From the NCBI GenBank assembly GCA_017414705.1, contig JAFQKX010000008.1:1-47982 (forward strand): DNA of 47,982 bases, given 5' to 3'. Below, piece by piece: positions 1-8,035 of this stretch. The position numbers were made by a program, and so were the translations under genes. Every line of letters starts with the position of its first letter. Position 1 is the first letter of the stretch. This stretch comes from Clostridia bacterium (GTDB lineage: Bacteria > Bacillota > Clostridia > Oscillospirales > Acutalibacteraceae). A model generated the notes under the pieces. It was not told the DNA's origin. It saw only the letters and a program-made list of their open reading frames with translations, and searched no databases.

Positions 1-461
1 CTGCCGGCGCCGTCGGCGTCGTGCGTCGCGATCCCATGGCAATGCTGCCCTTCTGCGGCTATCACATGGGCGACTACTTCAAGCATTGGCTTGAAATGGG
101 CAAGAAATTGGGCGACAAGGCTCCCAAGATCTTCAACGTCAACTGGTTCCGCACCGACGATGAAGGCAACTTCATCTGGCCGGGCTTCGGCGACAATATG
201 CGCGTGCTCAACTGGATCATCGACCGTTGCGAAGGCAAGGCTGATGCCAAAGAGACTGCCATCGGCTACGTGCCCCGTCCCGAGGACATCGACCTGACCG
301 ATCTGGATATGGATATCGAGACCCTCAAGAGCATTCTGGACGTTGACAGCGACGTTTGGACCAAAGAGGCTGCCGAGATCGAAGAGCATTACAAGAAGTT
401 TGGCGACAAGCTGCCTGCCGAGCTGCGTGCTCAGCTCGAAACCCTCAAGAGCAAGCTGTAA
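1..461 (+). CDS. pckG: Phosphoenolpyruvate carboxykinase (GTP), C-terminal fragment; the 5' end lies outside the window
   Basis: Frame 3 is open from the window edge to TAA 459-461. The translated tail (..KIFNVNWFRTDDEGNFIWPGFGDNMRVLNWIIDRCEG..GYVPRPEDIDLTDLD..) matches, from memory, the conserved C-terminal region of GTP-dependent PEPCK. A hairpin terminator follows. Confidence 0.85.
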   Translation, partial: AGAVGVVRRDPMAMLPFCGYHMGDYFKHWLEMGKKLGDKAPKIFNVNWFRTDDEGNFIWPGFGDNMRVLNWIIDRCEGKADAKETAIGYVPRPEDIDLTDLDMDIETLKSILDVDSDVWTKEAAEIEEHYKKFGDKLPAELRAQLETLKSKL

Positions 462-475
462 ACCCATAAACGGAA

Positions 476-511
476 AGGACACTATCTCATGTGCAGATAG
501 TGTCCTTTTAT
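476..511 (+). terminator. Rho-independent terminator of pckG
   Basis: Stem AGGACACTATCT (476-487) pairs with AGATAGTGTCCT (495-506) around a 7-nt loop, followed by TTTTAT. Confidence 0.75.
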
Positions 512-532
512 AATACGGTTTAAGGGGAAACG

Positions 533-546
533 GTCATTGTTTTGTT
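533..546. repeat. Left copy of the 14-bp direct repeat GTCATTGTTTTGTT bracketing the low-GC XRE/DUF4234 cassette
   Basis: It is an exact 14/14 match to 1388-1401 in the same orientation and overlaps the stop codon of the XRE gene (534-536). Confidence 0.6.
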
Positions 547-776
547 AATTCTTCAAGGGAGATTTGAAAGATCTTTGAAAATGCAATCAGTTCAATGTCA
601 GTAACAAATCTTTTTCCGCATTCAATTCGTTGTATTGCGTTTTTATCAATATCAATGCCAACCAATTGCATCCGATCTGCGAGTTCGCGCTGTGAAATTT
701 TTAAATTTGATCTCAAAATTGATATATTTTTACCGCAAATGTTATTTTTGCCGTCAAAACTTTTGTTAATAAACAT
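534..776 (-). CDS. XRE-family helix-turn-helix transcriptional regulator (80 aa)
   Basis: ATG at 776 has AAGGAGA 7 nt upstream; the longer track start at 815 has no RBS. The segment ..ISQRELADRMQLVGIDIDKNAIQRIECGKR.. is a typical HTH_3/XRE motif. Confidence 0.85.
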   Translation of the reverse strand: MFINKSFDGKNNICGKNISILRSNLKISQRELADRMQLVGIDIDKNAIQRIECGKRFVTDIELIAFSKIFQISLEELTKQ

Positions 777-791
777 AAAATTTCTCCTTTT

Positions 792-864
792 TTGACATTT
801 AGTACTTGTCAACAATGAAATTGTATGCTATAATGTGTCTCAAAATGACATCTATTGAATGTCA
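792..864. promoter_or_regulatory. Divergent promoter/operator region between the XRE gene and the DUF4234 gene
   Basis: Plus-strand promoter: TTGTCA (806-811), 17-nt spacer, TGcTATAAT (826-834). Two related inverted repeats are present: TTGACA-N9-TGTCAA (792-812, overlapping the -35) and TGACAT-N7-ATGTCA (846-864, between the -10 and the RBS). Confidence 0.5.
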
Positions 865-886
865 AAATTTAGGAGGAATATGAAAG

Positions 887-1318
887 ATGGAAACAATGAT
901 TCAACAGACGGCTGCTCCCGTTGGGCAACTGAAAACAAACAGAGGGTTACTGAAATTCATTTTACTCAGTATTGTGACTTTTGGAATCTACGCTCTCGTA
1001 TTTTATTCGTCAATTTCCAATGATATCAATATCGTTGCGAGCAGATACGATGGCAAGAAAACAATGCATTATTGCCTGCTTTGTTTTTTGGTTTCCCCCA
1101 TTACTTTTGGCATTGCCGGTATCGTTTGGATGCATAAAATTTCAAACAGGATCGGAAACGAACTCAAAAGAAGAGAGGTCGGGTATTCCTTTTGTGCAGC
1201 TGATTACTGGTTGTGGGGTGTTCTGGGATCGTTGATCTTTGTAGGACCTTTTGTGTATTTACATAAGCTTTCCAAGGCAATGAATTTGCTTTGCGAGGAT
1301 TATAATGCAAAAGGCTGA
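887..1318 (+). CDS. DUF4234-like small integral membrane protein (143 aa)
   Basis: AGGAGG at 871-876 lies 10 nt before the ATG. There are hydrophobic helices with the TFGIY / ITFGIAGIVW signature I associate with DUF4234. A hairpin terminator follows. Confidence 0.75.
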   Translation: METMIQQTAAPVGQLKTNRGLLKFILLSIVTFGIYALVFYSSISNDINIVASRYDGKKTMHYCLLCFLVSPITFGIAGIVWMHKISNRIGNELKRREVGYSFCAADYWLWGVLGSLIFVGPFVYLHKLSKAMNLLCEDYNAKG

Positions 1319-1350
1319 CCTTCAGTATTAAACTGAATCAAAATAACGTT

Positions 1351-1382
1351 GCCCAACCGCTTGATTAGGAGGTTGGGCTTTT
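1351..1382 (+). terminator. Rho-independent terminator of the DUF4234 gene
   Basis: Stem GCCCAACC (1351-1358) pairs with GGTTGGGC (1371-1378), followed by TTTT. Confidence 0.65.
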
Positions 1383-1387
1383 GATAT

Positions 1388-1401
1388 GTCATTGTTTTGT
1401 T
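1388..1401. repeat. Right copy of the 14-bp direct repeat GTCATTGTTTTGTT
   Basis: It is an exact match to 533-546 and lies just outside the cassette terminator, before the GC-rich core resumes. Confidence 0.6.
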
Positions 1402-1417
1402 GTGCAAATCATTTTAT

Positions 1418-1456
1418 AAAAAACACCGGACTCCGATCGGAGCCCGGTGTTTTTTT
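1418..1456. terminator. Bidirectional intrinsic terminator, serving the minus-strand tiny ORF
   Basis: A-run 1418-1423, then stem CACCGGaCTCCG / CGGAGcCCGGTG (1424-1449), then T-run 1450-1456. Confidence 0.7.
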
Positions 1457-1468
1457 GAGGGATGGTGC

Positions 1469-1597
1469 TTAGCAACCGCAACCGCAGTTGTCGTTGTTGT
1501 TGCAGCCGCAGCTGTTGTTGCCACCGCAGCAGAACAGGATGAGGATCAGGATGATGATCCAGGTACAGCCGTTGTTGTTGAACAGATTAGAACACAT
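1469..1597 (-). CDS. Tiny Cys/Asn/Gly-rich single-pass membrane protein (42 aa), YjcZ-like sporulation-type peptide; absent from the supplied ORF track because it is under 60 aa
   Basis: Hand translation of the minus strand gives MCSNLFNNNGCTWIIILILILFCCGGNNSCGCNNNDNCGCGC*. GGGAGGG lies 8 nt upstream of ATG 1597, the stop is TAA at 1469-1471, and a terminator follows immediately downstream. The plus-strand 113-aa ORF across it is its poly-V/A antisense shadow. Confidence 0.6.
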   Translation of the reverse strand: MCSNLFNNNGCTWIIILILILFCCGGNNSCGCNNNDNCGCGC

Positions 1598-1662
1598 TCT
1601 CGATTCCCTCCCTTCAGCCTTCAATACCATCCTATGCCAAGGGGAGGGGAGTGTGATAAAAT

Positions 1663-2640
1663 TTATCGGTGTGCCGTTTCGGCGGTGACTGCAGCGGGAC
1701 GCACGGGCTGCTTTTTGCCGCCGGTCTGTTTTTCCTGATGCTCAATGGCGGGCACGCCGAACTTGACGGCGTGCTGCACCATTTGTGCGTAAAACGAGCG
1801 CTCGTGCATGACCTCGCCGTCCAGCGTGTAGGCAAAGCGCTCATCCAAGCCTTCCACCTGAATGCTCTTGCAACGGCGGTACAGCATAATGTCCTTGAGC
1901 TTGGGATCGTCCAAATGCTCGCCGCGCACGTATTTGCCGATCAGCGAAACAAAGCGCAGCCGCGAAATGGGCTTGACCAGACAAACGTCCATCTGTCCGT
2001 CGTCGTTTCTCGAGCGCGGCGCGCAACGGAATGAGCCGCCCACGTATTGTCCGTTGGCAACCGTGCACAGCAGACAGTCGCCCTCGTAAAACAGCTCGCC
2101 GTCGCAGACGACACGAACGGGAGTGCGCATGGAATTGATCAGGGATTTCAAAATCCCCACCGTATATGCGTTCTTACCGCCAATCAATGGTTTATGGCGT
2201 AGCTTTCCCATGGTATCGGCAACCGCCGCCTCAAAGCCAAAATTGAGCACGTTGAGCGAAAAACGCTCGCCCACTTGAATCAGGTCCACCGGCACGTCCT
2301 TGCTTTCCAACAGCGCAGGCAGACGGCGGAAATAATCCGCCTTGCCGTAATACTTGACGAAATCATTGCCGCTGCCCGACGGATAGCAGGAAAAGGACGC
2401 GTTGGAGCAGCCGTAGGTGCCCACCGCCACCTCCTGCAGGGTGCCGTCACCGCCGCAGGCGTAAAACCGCATCGGCTCACCGCTTTGGCAGCGTTCTTTG
2501 ATGTACCGCACCGCGTCCATTGGCGCGGTGGTGGTGTACAGCTCCCAATCGTAGGAGGTGTTGCACAGAGCAGTGCGCAGAACATCCTCTACACCGCGTG
2601 CGCCGCCCGCTACGGGATTGATGATAAAAATATGTTTCAT
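1663..2640 (-). CDS. Diacylglycerol/lipid kinase family protein (YegS/BmrU type)
   Basis: The start is taken at ATG 2640 (MKHIFIINPVAGG..). It carries the GGDGT motif (ACGGDGTLQEV) and SGSGNDF, which are hallmarks of the DAGK catalytic domain. Confidence 0.85.
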   Translation of the reverse strand: MKHIFIINPVAGGARGVEDVLRTALCNTSYDWELYTTTAPMDAVRYIKERCQSGEPMRFYACGGDGTLQEVAVGTYGCSNASFSCYPSGSGNDFVKYYGKADYFRRLPALLESKDVPVDLIQVGERFSLNVLNFGFEAAVADTMGKLRHKPLIGGKNAYTVGILKSLINSMRTPVRVVCDGELFYEGDCLLCTVANGQYVGGSFRCAPRSRNDDGQMDVCLVKPISRLRFVSLIGKYVRGEHLDDPKLKDIMLYRRCKSIQVEGLDERFAYTLDGEVMHERSFYAQMVQHAVKFGVPAIEHQEKQTGGKKQPVRPAAVTAETAHR

Positions 2641-2783
2641 AAAAGCTCCGTTTTCCGTTGCGGTTCCAGCACCGAAACGGGAGTATTTTTTACCGTTTTT
2701 TTCTATTGTAACACATCTTTTCCGCCTTGGCAAGTATTGCGCGGATTTTTCGCGGAAAAGATGACAAAAATGCCACTTTTTCC

Positions 2784-2812
2784 TTTACTTTATTATACTT
2801 TTATAGTATAAT
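2784..2812 (+). promoter_or_regulatory. Putative sigma-A promoter of the ABC operon
   Basis: TTTACT (2784-2789), 17-nt spacer, TATAAT (2807-2812), about 75 nt upstream of ATG 2890 (RBS GGGAGGA). Confidence 0.45.
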
Positions 2813-2889
2813 AAAAGCGTCTATAATCTAGGGTAAAATTTACTCTGCTTTGCGGCAAACCAACCTGAAATCGGGAGGAAATAAACAGT

Positions 2890-3912
2890 ATGATTGAAGT
2901 CAAAAATCTGGTCAAGGATTACGGTGGACATCTGGCGGTCAAAAATGCCAGCTTCACCATCCGTGACGGCGAGATCGTCGGATTCCTCGGCCCCAACGGC
3001 GCGGGCAAATCCACCACCATGAATATTCTCACCGGCTACCTGTCGGCAACCTCCGGCAGCGTTTCGGTGGACGGATACGACATCGTGGAATATCCGCACG
3101 AAGCCAAAAAACGCATCGGCTATCTGCCGGAATTACCCCCGCTGTACACCGATATGACGGTGGGAGAGTATCTTAACTTCTGCTACGACCTCAAAAAGGT
3201 CACGCTGCCGCGCAAGCCGCATTTGGAGGAGATCTGCCGTCTGGTGCGCATTGACAACGTCTATAAGCGCCAGATCAAAAACCTCTCCAAGGGTTACCGT
3301 CAGCGCGTGGGCATTGCGCAGGCACTCATCGGCAACCCCGACGTGCTGATTTTGGACGAGCCGACGGTCGGTCTGGACCCCGTGCAGATCATCGAGATCC
3401 GCAACCTCATTGCTCAGTTGGGCAAAAATCACACCGTCATTTTGTCCTCGCACATTTTGTCCGAGATCCAGGCGGTGTGTGAGCGCATTATCATCATTAA
3501 TAAAGGCGTTATCGTTGCCGACGGTATGGCGAGCGAGCTGTCACATTCGCTGTCGCAGGATCACTCCCTGACCGCACGCATCGAGGGTCCCAAGGCAGAG
3601 GTCATGAAGCTGATTGCCTCCATCCGCGGCGTCGACACCGTCACCGCCACCGGTGCCAAAGACGGCAAAGCATTGGAATACCGCATTCTGCCGCTTGACG
3701 GCGTTGATATCAGAAAGGCGTTGTTTGACCGCCTTGCCGACCGTCATTGGCCGCTGATCGCCCTGAGTTCCAACGAGCTGACGCTGGAAGAAATTTTCGT
3801 GCGTCTGGCATCGGATGAAAATACCGAGTTTGTTCTCAAAATGCAGGAAAAGAAAGAAGCCGAGCAGAATGAGGCAGACGCAGACCAAACAGAAACGGAG
3901 GAGAACAACTGA
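2890..3912 (+). CDS. ABC transporter ATP-binding protein (ABC-2/GldA-like)
   Basis: Walker A GPNGAGKST, signature LSKGYRQRV, Walker B VLILDEPT and H-loop SSHIL are all present, with an acidic C-terminal tail. Confidence 0.92.
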   Translation: MIEVKNLVKDYGGHLAVKNASFTIRDGEIVGFLGPNGAGKSTTMNILTGYLSATSGSVSVDGYDIVEYPHEAKKRIGYLPELPPLYTDMTVGEYLNFCYDLKKVTLPRKPHLEEICRLVRIDNVYKRQIKNLSKGYRQRVGIAQALIGNPDVLILDEPTVGLDPVQIIEIRNLIAQLGKNHTVILSSHILSEIQAVCERIIIINKGVIVADGMASELSHSLSQDHSLTARIEGPKAEVMKLIASIRGVDTVTATGAKDGKALEYRILPLDGVDIRKALFDRLADRHWPLIALSSNELTLEEIFVRLASDENTEFVLKMQEKKEAEQNEADADQTETEENN

Positions 3913-4613
3913 TGAGAGCCATCTTCAAACGCGAAATGCGTTCCTACTTCACCTCTCCCATCGGGTACGTGGTGGTGATTGCCTTTTGGCTTTTTGTTTC
4001 CATGCTGTTTTATATGATGTTTTCATCGGGCGCTGCACAGATCGGGGATATCTTCGGCTCCGCCTTCTCGGTGGTGCTGATCCTCATCCCGCTGCTGACC
4101 ATGCGCAGCTTCTCGGAGGAACGCAGACAAAAGACCGATCAGCTGTATATGACGGCACCGGTTCGCCTGACTGCGGTGGTGCTGGGTAAATTTTTTGCCG
4201 CCCTGACCGTGTTTGCCATTTGTCTGTCTATCACGGTGGTATTTATGCTCATCTTCTGCCTGTACATTACGCCCGATTGGCTGGTGTATCTGGGCAACGT
4301 GGTCGGCATGCTGCTGCTGGGCTCCTGCTTCATTGCCGTGGGCATCTTCATTTCGGTGCTGACCGAAAGTCAGATCGTTTCCGCCATCGGCTCCTTCTCC
4401 GTTGCGTTGGTGCTGATGCTGCTCGATTACGTGACCTCGTTGGTCGGCATTGAGCTTTTGCAGAAGGCCGCTGCGTGGGTCTCCTTCTCGGAGCGTTACA
4501 ATTCATTCACCACAGGTACCTTTGATTGGGCCAACGTCATTTTCTTCTTGAGCCTGACCGCCGTGTTCCTGTTCCTGTCGGTGCGCCGACTCGACCGCAG
4601 ACGCTGGGCATAA
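3912..4613 (+). CDS. ABC-2 family transporter permease (GldF-like)
   Basis: The start overlaps the upstream stop by 1 nt (TGATG). The protein has about 6 hydrophobic helices and a length (233 aa) and N-terminus (FKREMRSYFTSPIGYV) typical of ABC-2 permeases. Confidence 0.85.
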   Translation: MRAIFKREMRSYFTSPIGYVVVIAFWLFVSMLFYMMFSSGAAQIGDIFGSAFSVVLILIPLLTMRSFSEERRQKTDQLYMTAPVRLTAVVLGKFFAALTVFAICLSITVVFMLIFCLYITPDWLVYLGNVVGMLLLGSCFIAVGIFISVLTESQIVSAIGSFSVALVLMLLDYVTSLVGIELLQKAAAWVSFSERYNSFTTGTFDWANVIFFLSLTAVFLFLSVRRLDRRRWA

Positions 4614-4627
4614 GGAGGTCAAAAGCG

Positions 4628-6316
4628 ATGAAAGAACAAATCAAAGCCAACGCGTTCACCGCGTTTCTCAAAAAACTGGTGCGCCCGCAAATGCGCCGCA
4701 AGCTGTATTCCTCGCTCATCACGGTAGCCGTCATCGTGGGCTTGGTGCTGGTCAACGTGGCCGCCACCGCCCTGGCAGAGCGTTACCCCATCACGCTGGA
4801 CCTGACGGCCGACGGCGATTACTCGCTGACCACGCTGAAAAGTGAGCACGAGGATTTCATTCGCGGCATCCAATACGATGTCAAGATCACCATGTGTATG
4901 AACGAGGGTGATCTGAACAGCGGACTGTATTCCTATTACCTGCAGAATCTTTACAGCTATGAGGATTCCACCAACGGAAAATATTACGAGCAGATGGTGG
5001 CACTCATCAAGCAGTATCCCAAGCTCAACCCCCATATCTCGGTGCGGTTTTTGTCTCCGCTGGAGACCGCCTTCACCGAAGTTACGCAGACCTATCCCAA
5101 CGAGGAGTTTCAGTACGGCGACGTGCTGTTGGAATGCTCCTTTGAAAACAAAGAGGATAAGGAGATCAACCGCTATCGTATCCTGAACGTGGACGATCTG
5201 TATAAAGCAGAGGACCAGAGCGGCGGTATGTACGAGATGTATTACGGCTATACCGTTTACACCGTCAACGGCTCTACGCTGGAGCCTTCCGTCACACAGG
5301 CGCTCTATGCCGTCACGCAGGAGGCAAGTCTGCAGGGTCTGGTCTATACCGGCAAAAACTGCGACGCCAGCGAAGCGCTCGTCAAGCTGCTCGAGCGTAA
5401 CAACTACGAATTTTCCGGCATTTCCAATCTCTTGACCGAAACCATTGCCGAGGACGTGCAGTTCCTGATCATCAACGCACCCGAGTCGGATTTCACCAAC
5501 GAAGAGATCGCCACCATTCAGAAATTTATGGAATCGGATGAGGAAAAACGCCAAAAAACGCTGGTCTATATTCCGCACGAGAGCATCGTGCTGGAAAATA
5601 TGGAAGCCTTTTTGGAGGAGTGGGACATCCAACTCTCCGATGCCTTGATCTATGCGGACGATGATCAGTATTATTCCAACTTCGAGGCGGCATACGGCTC
5701 CGACTTTGCGCACCTGATGCCGTTTATCACGGCCAGCAACGAGGGCTCGGTCTACGACGTTGCGGTAGATGCCAACGATACCTTTGCCCCCAGCTATTAC
5801 CGTGCCATCAACGCCAATAAGACTTCTGAGGAAGATGAAAGCATCGTCTCCATGCTCAAGTACAAGGGCGAGGTGGTCGGCAAGCCGGTCTCCGAGATCT
5901 CCTCGGATTCCGATTGGAAGCCGGGCGAGGGCGAGCATTATACCAATCCCGCCGCCGTCTGTGTTGCCACCGAGTACAAGGCCACCAACGCTACGCTGGA
6001 GCAGGAATCCATCTATATGTATTCCACCGTGCTGTGCATCGGCTCACAGACCTTCGTTTCGGACGCGGCATTGACCTCTACGGCGTATGCCAACGGGGAC
6101 TATACCGTCAAGCTGTTCAATAATCTGGCAGCCATGGACGAGAGCGATATCCCTGATATCACCTTCTCCACCAAGGTCATCAAGACCGATAGCTTTGCCG
6201 ATGAGCTGTCCGATTCGATTGCACCCTCCGTGGTCAGCACCATCTTCTTTATCATCGTACCCTTGGCATTGATCATCACCTGCGTGGTGGTCTGTGTGTG
6301 GAGGAAGCGCAGATGA
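4628..6316 (+). CDS. GldG-family ABC-transporter auxiliary protein (ABC_transp_aux-like)
   Basis: The start is taken at ATG 4628 (AAGGAGG 4611-4618). It has an N-terminal TM helix, then ..RYPITLDLTADGDYSLT.., a large extracytoplasmic domain and a C-terminal TM anchor ending WRKRR. Confidence 0.75.
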   Translation: MKEQIKANAFTAFLKKLVRPQMRRKLYSSLITVAVIVGLVLVNVAATALAERYPITLDLTADGDYSLTTLKSEHEDFIRGIQYDVKITMCMNEGDLNSGLYSYYLQNLYSYEDSTNGKYYEQMVALIKQYPKLNPHISVRFLSPLETAFTEVTQTYPNEEFQYGDVLLECSFENKEDKEINRYRILNVDDLYKAEDQSGGMYEMYYGYTVYTVNGSTLEPSVTQALYAVTQEASLQGLVYTGKNCDASEALVKLLERNNYEFSGISNLLTETIAEDVQFLIINAPESDFTNEEIATIQKFMESDEEKRQKTLVYIPHESIVLENMEAFLEEWDIQLSDALIYADDDQYYSNFEAAYGSDFAHLMPFITASNEGSVYDVAVDANDTFAPSYYRAINANKTSEEDESIVSMLKYKGEVVGKPVSEISSDSDWKPGEGEHYTNPAAVCVATEYKATNATLEQESIYMYSTVLCIGSQTFVSDAALTSTAYANGDYTVKLFNNLAAMDESDIPDITFSTKVIKTDSFADELSDSIAPSVVSTIFFIIVPLALIITCVVVCVWRKRR

Positions 6317-8022
6317 GTGAAAAGGATCTCAATCAAACCGAACTGCAGCGGGAGCAGGAGGCTGCCGTAGAGCAGCCTGCCGCTCCCAGCATTTTCGATA
6401 AGCCTCAACGCATCGAGAAAAAGGTGCGCAAAAAATGGAACAAGGGTTTGGTCGCTATCATTGCGGTGGTGCTGGTCGCCGCCATTGCGGTCGGCACGGT
6501 TATGACTACGCGTTATCTCGACAAGACCGACCCTGCCAACAATAGCTCCAACACCTCCTCCGAACCTTCAAGCTTCGAGCTGACGCTGCTGGACTATAGC
6601 GGGTATCTGGATACGCTTGACGAGGTCAAGGAGCTTGGACGCGGCGGCGTGGAAAAGATCGTGCTCAACAATGCCGAGGGCGAGTTGACCTTCAAGCAGA
6701 TCATGAATCAGGTCACCACCACCGACGACAACGGCAAGACCACCGTCAAGGACACGGTCGCTTGGCTGATCGACGGCTACACCGGCATCAATTGGGATGA
6801 CGATTCGGTTTTGGGTCTGGTGGGCAACGCCCTCAAGGTCACCGCCATCATGCAGATTGAAGCCGAAGCCAAGGATCTTGCCTCCTACGGCCTTGCCGAC
6901 GGTGAGGATCAGGCAACCATCCGCGTAGAATTCAAGGATAAGACCTCCTACACCGTGCACGTCGGTAATTGGTCGGCAGACAAATCCGGACGCTATATCC
7001 GTTTGGATGACAGCAAGGACGTTTATCTGTCGGGCTATACGCTGGGCGATTATGCCGGCCGCGAGATGAAGAATTTCGTCTCGGTCGAGGCTCTTGGTGC
7101 CTACGAATCCACCGGCACCGATTCGGATTATTTTTCCGACGGAACCCTGATGTTCTTCGACGCTATTCTGATGGGCGGACGCCATTTCGGCGATATTTTG
7201 CTGGAATTCTATCCGTCGGATCAGACCGTCACCTACACCTATTACAAGCTGAGCACCTGGCAGCTCAACGGCAAGGGAAATCAGGTCAAGAGCTTTGAGA
7301 TGCCCACCAACGACGACCGCGTCTCTTCGGTCTTCAGTATGATCGTCAACGGCTTCTCAGCCAAGGACATTTACGGCTTCTATCCCGATAAACAGATGCT
7401 GGATGAGTATGGTCTGGACGTGACGCTGTTTGATATCATCTACAAGATCAACGGGGTCAATTACCGGATTCAGATCGGTGACAAGCAGGAGGACGGATTG
7501 TATCCCGTGCGTCTCAACGAGACCCCCGTCATTTACGCCTGCGAAGGCTCGGTCTTCCCGTTCTTAAACTACAGCAATACCGACTATTACCGCAATCAGC
7601 TGTATCTGTGTAACATCGACGAGATTCAGTCGGTGCGCGTGCAGCGCGGCGATCTGGATGCCACCTTCGTCCTCACCCACACCGTCAAGAAGGACAATGA
7701 GGACGACAAGGATCAGACGGCAGCGCTCAGCAACGGAAAAGCGGTGGACATCGCGTTGTTCCGCACCTTCCTGAGTGAATTTATGAAAACGCAGCCCATC
7801 AACTATCTGGACGATGCGTTTGAATCCCTTGGCAAGGCCGATATGACCATCACCATTACCTACGTGGACAAAAAGCTTTCCAAGGACGTCATCACCATGA
7901 CCAAATATTCCGACCGACGCTACGTTTACCGCACCAACGGCGGCGGTGACGTGCTCATCAAGTCGGATACCGTAGAGCAGATCTATCAGCAAGCACTTGC
8001 GGCGTATCGGTCCGCCAAGTGA
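6313..8022 (+). CDS. DUF4340-like membrane-anchored protein
   Basis: ATG 6313 overlaps the upstream stop (ATGA), with GGAGGAAG 5 nt upstream. It has an N-terminal TM helix and a long extracytoplasmic region. Family assignment rests on position and architecture (downstream of GldG-like) and was not searched. Confidence 0.65.
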   Translation: MSEKDLNQTELQREQEAAVEQPAAPSIFDKPQRIEKKVRKKWNKGLVAIIAVVLVAAIAVGTVMTTRYLDKTDPANNSSNTSSEPSSFELTLLDYSGYLDTLDEVKELGRGGVEKIVLNNAEGELTFKQIMNQVTTTDDNGKTTVKDTVAWLIDGYTGINWDDDSVLGLVGNALKVTAIMQIEAEAKDLASYGLADGEDQATIRVEFKDKTSYTVHVGNWSADKSGRYIRLDDSKDVYLSGYTLGDYAGREMKNFVSVEALGAYESTGTDSDYFSDGTLMFFDAILMGGRHFGDILLEFYPSDQTVTYTYYKLSTWQLNGKGNQVKSFEMPTNDDRVSSVFSMIVNGFSAKDIYGFYPDKQMLDEYGLDVTLFDIIYKINGVNYRIQIGDKQEDGLYPVRLNETPVIYACEGSVFPFLNYSNTDYYRNQLYLCNIDEIQSVRVQRGDLDATFVLTHTVKKDNEDDKDQTAALSNGKAVDIALFRTFLSEFMKTQPINYLDDAFESLGKADMTITITYVDKKLSKDVITMTKYSDRRYVYRTNGGGDVLIKSDTVEQIYQQALAAYRSAK

Positions 8023-8035
8023 GAAAGGATGCAAC

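Noticed and set aside
1397-1738. A 113-aa plus-strand ORF with a poly-V/A stretch.
   Set aside because: It reads through a bidirectional terminator. Its poly-V/A run is simply the antisense of the Cys/Asn/Gly codons of the tiny minus-strand ORF, which has the proper RBS and terminator.
4619-5938. A 439-aa minus-strand ORF opposite the GldG-like gene. Similar long antisense ORFs occur at 8842-10260, 16092-17162, 20968-22209 and 22235-23581.
   Set aside because: All are mirror images of well-supported genes (GldG-like, gyrA, MBOAT, secD, aminotransferase). They lack RBSs and have biased low-complexity translations.
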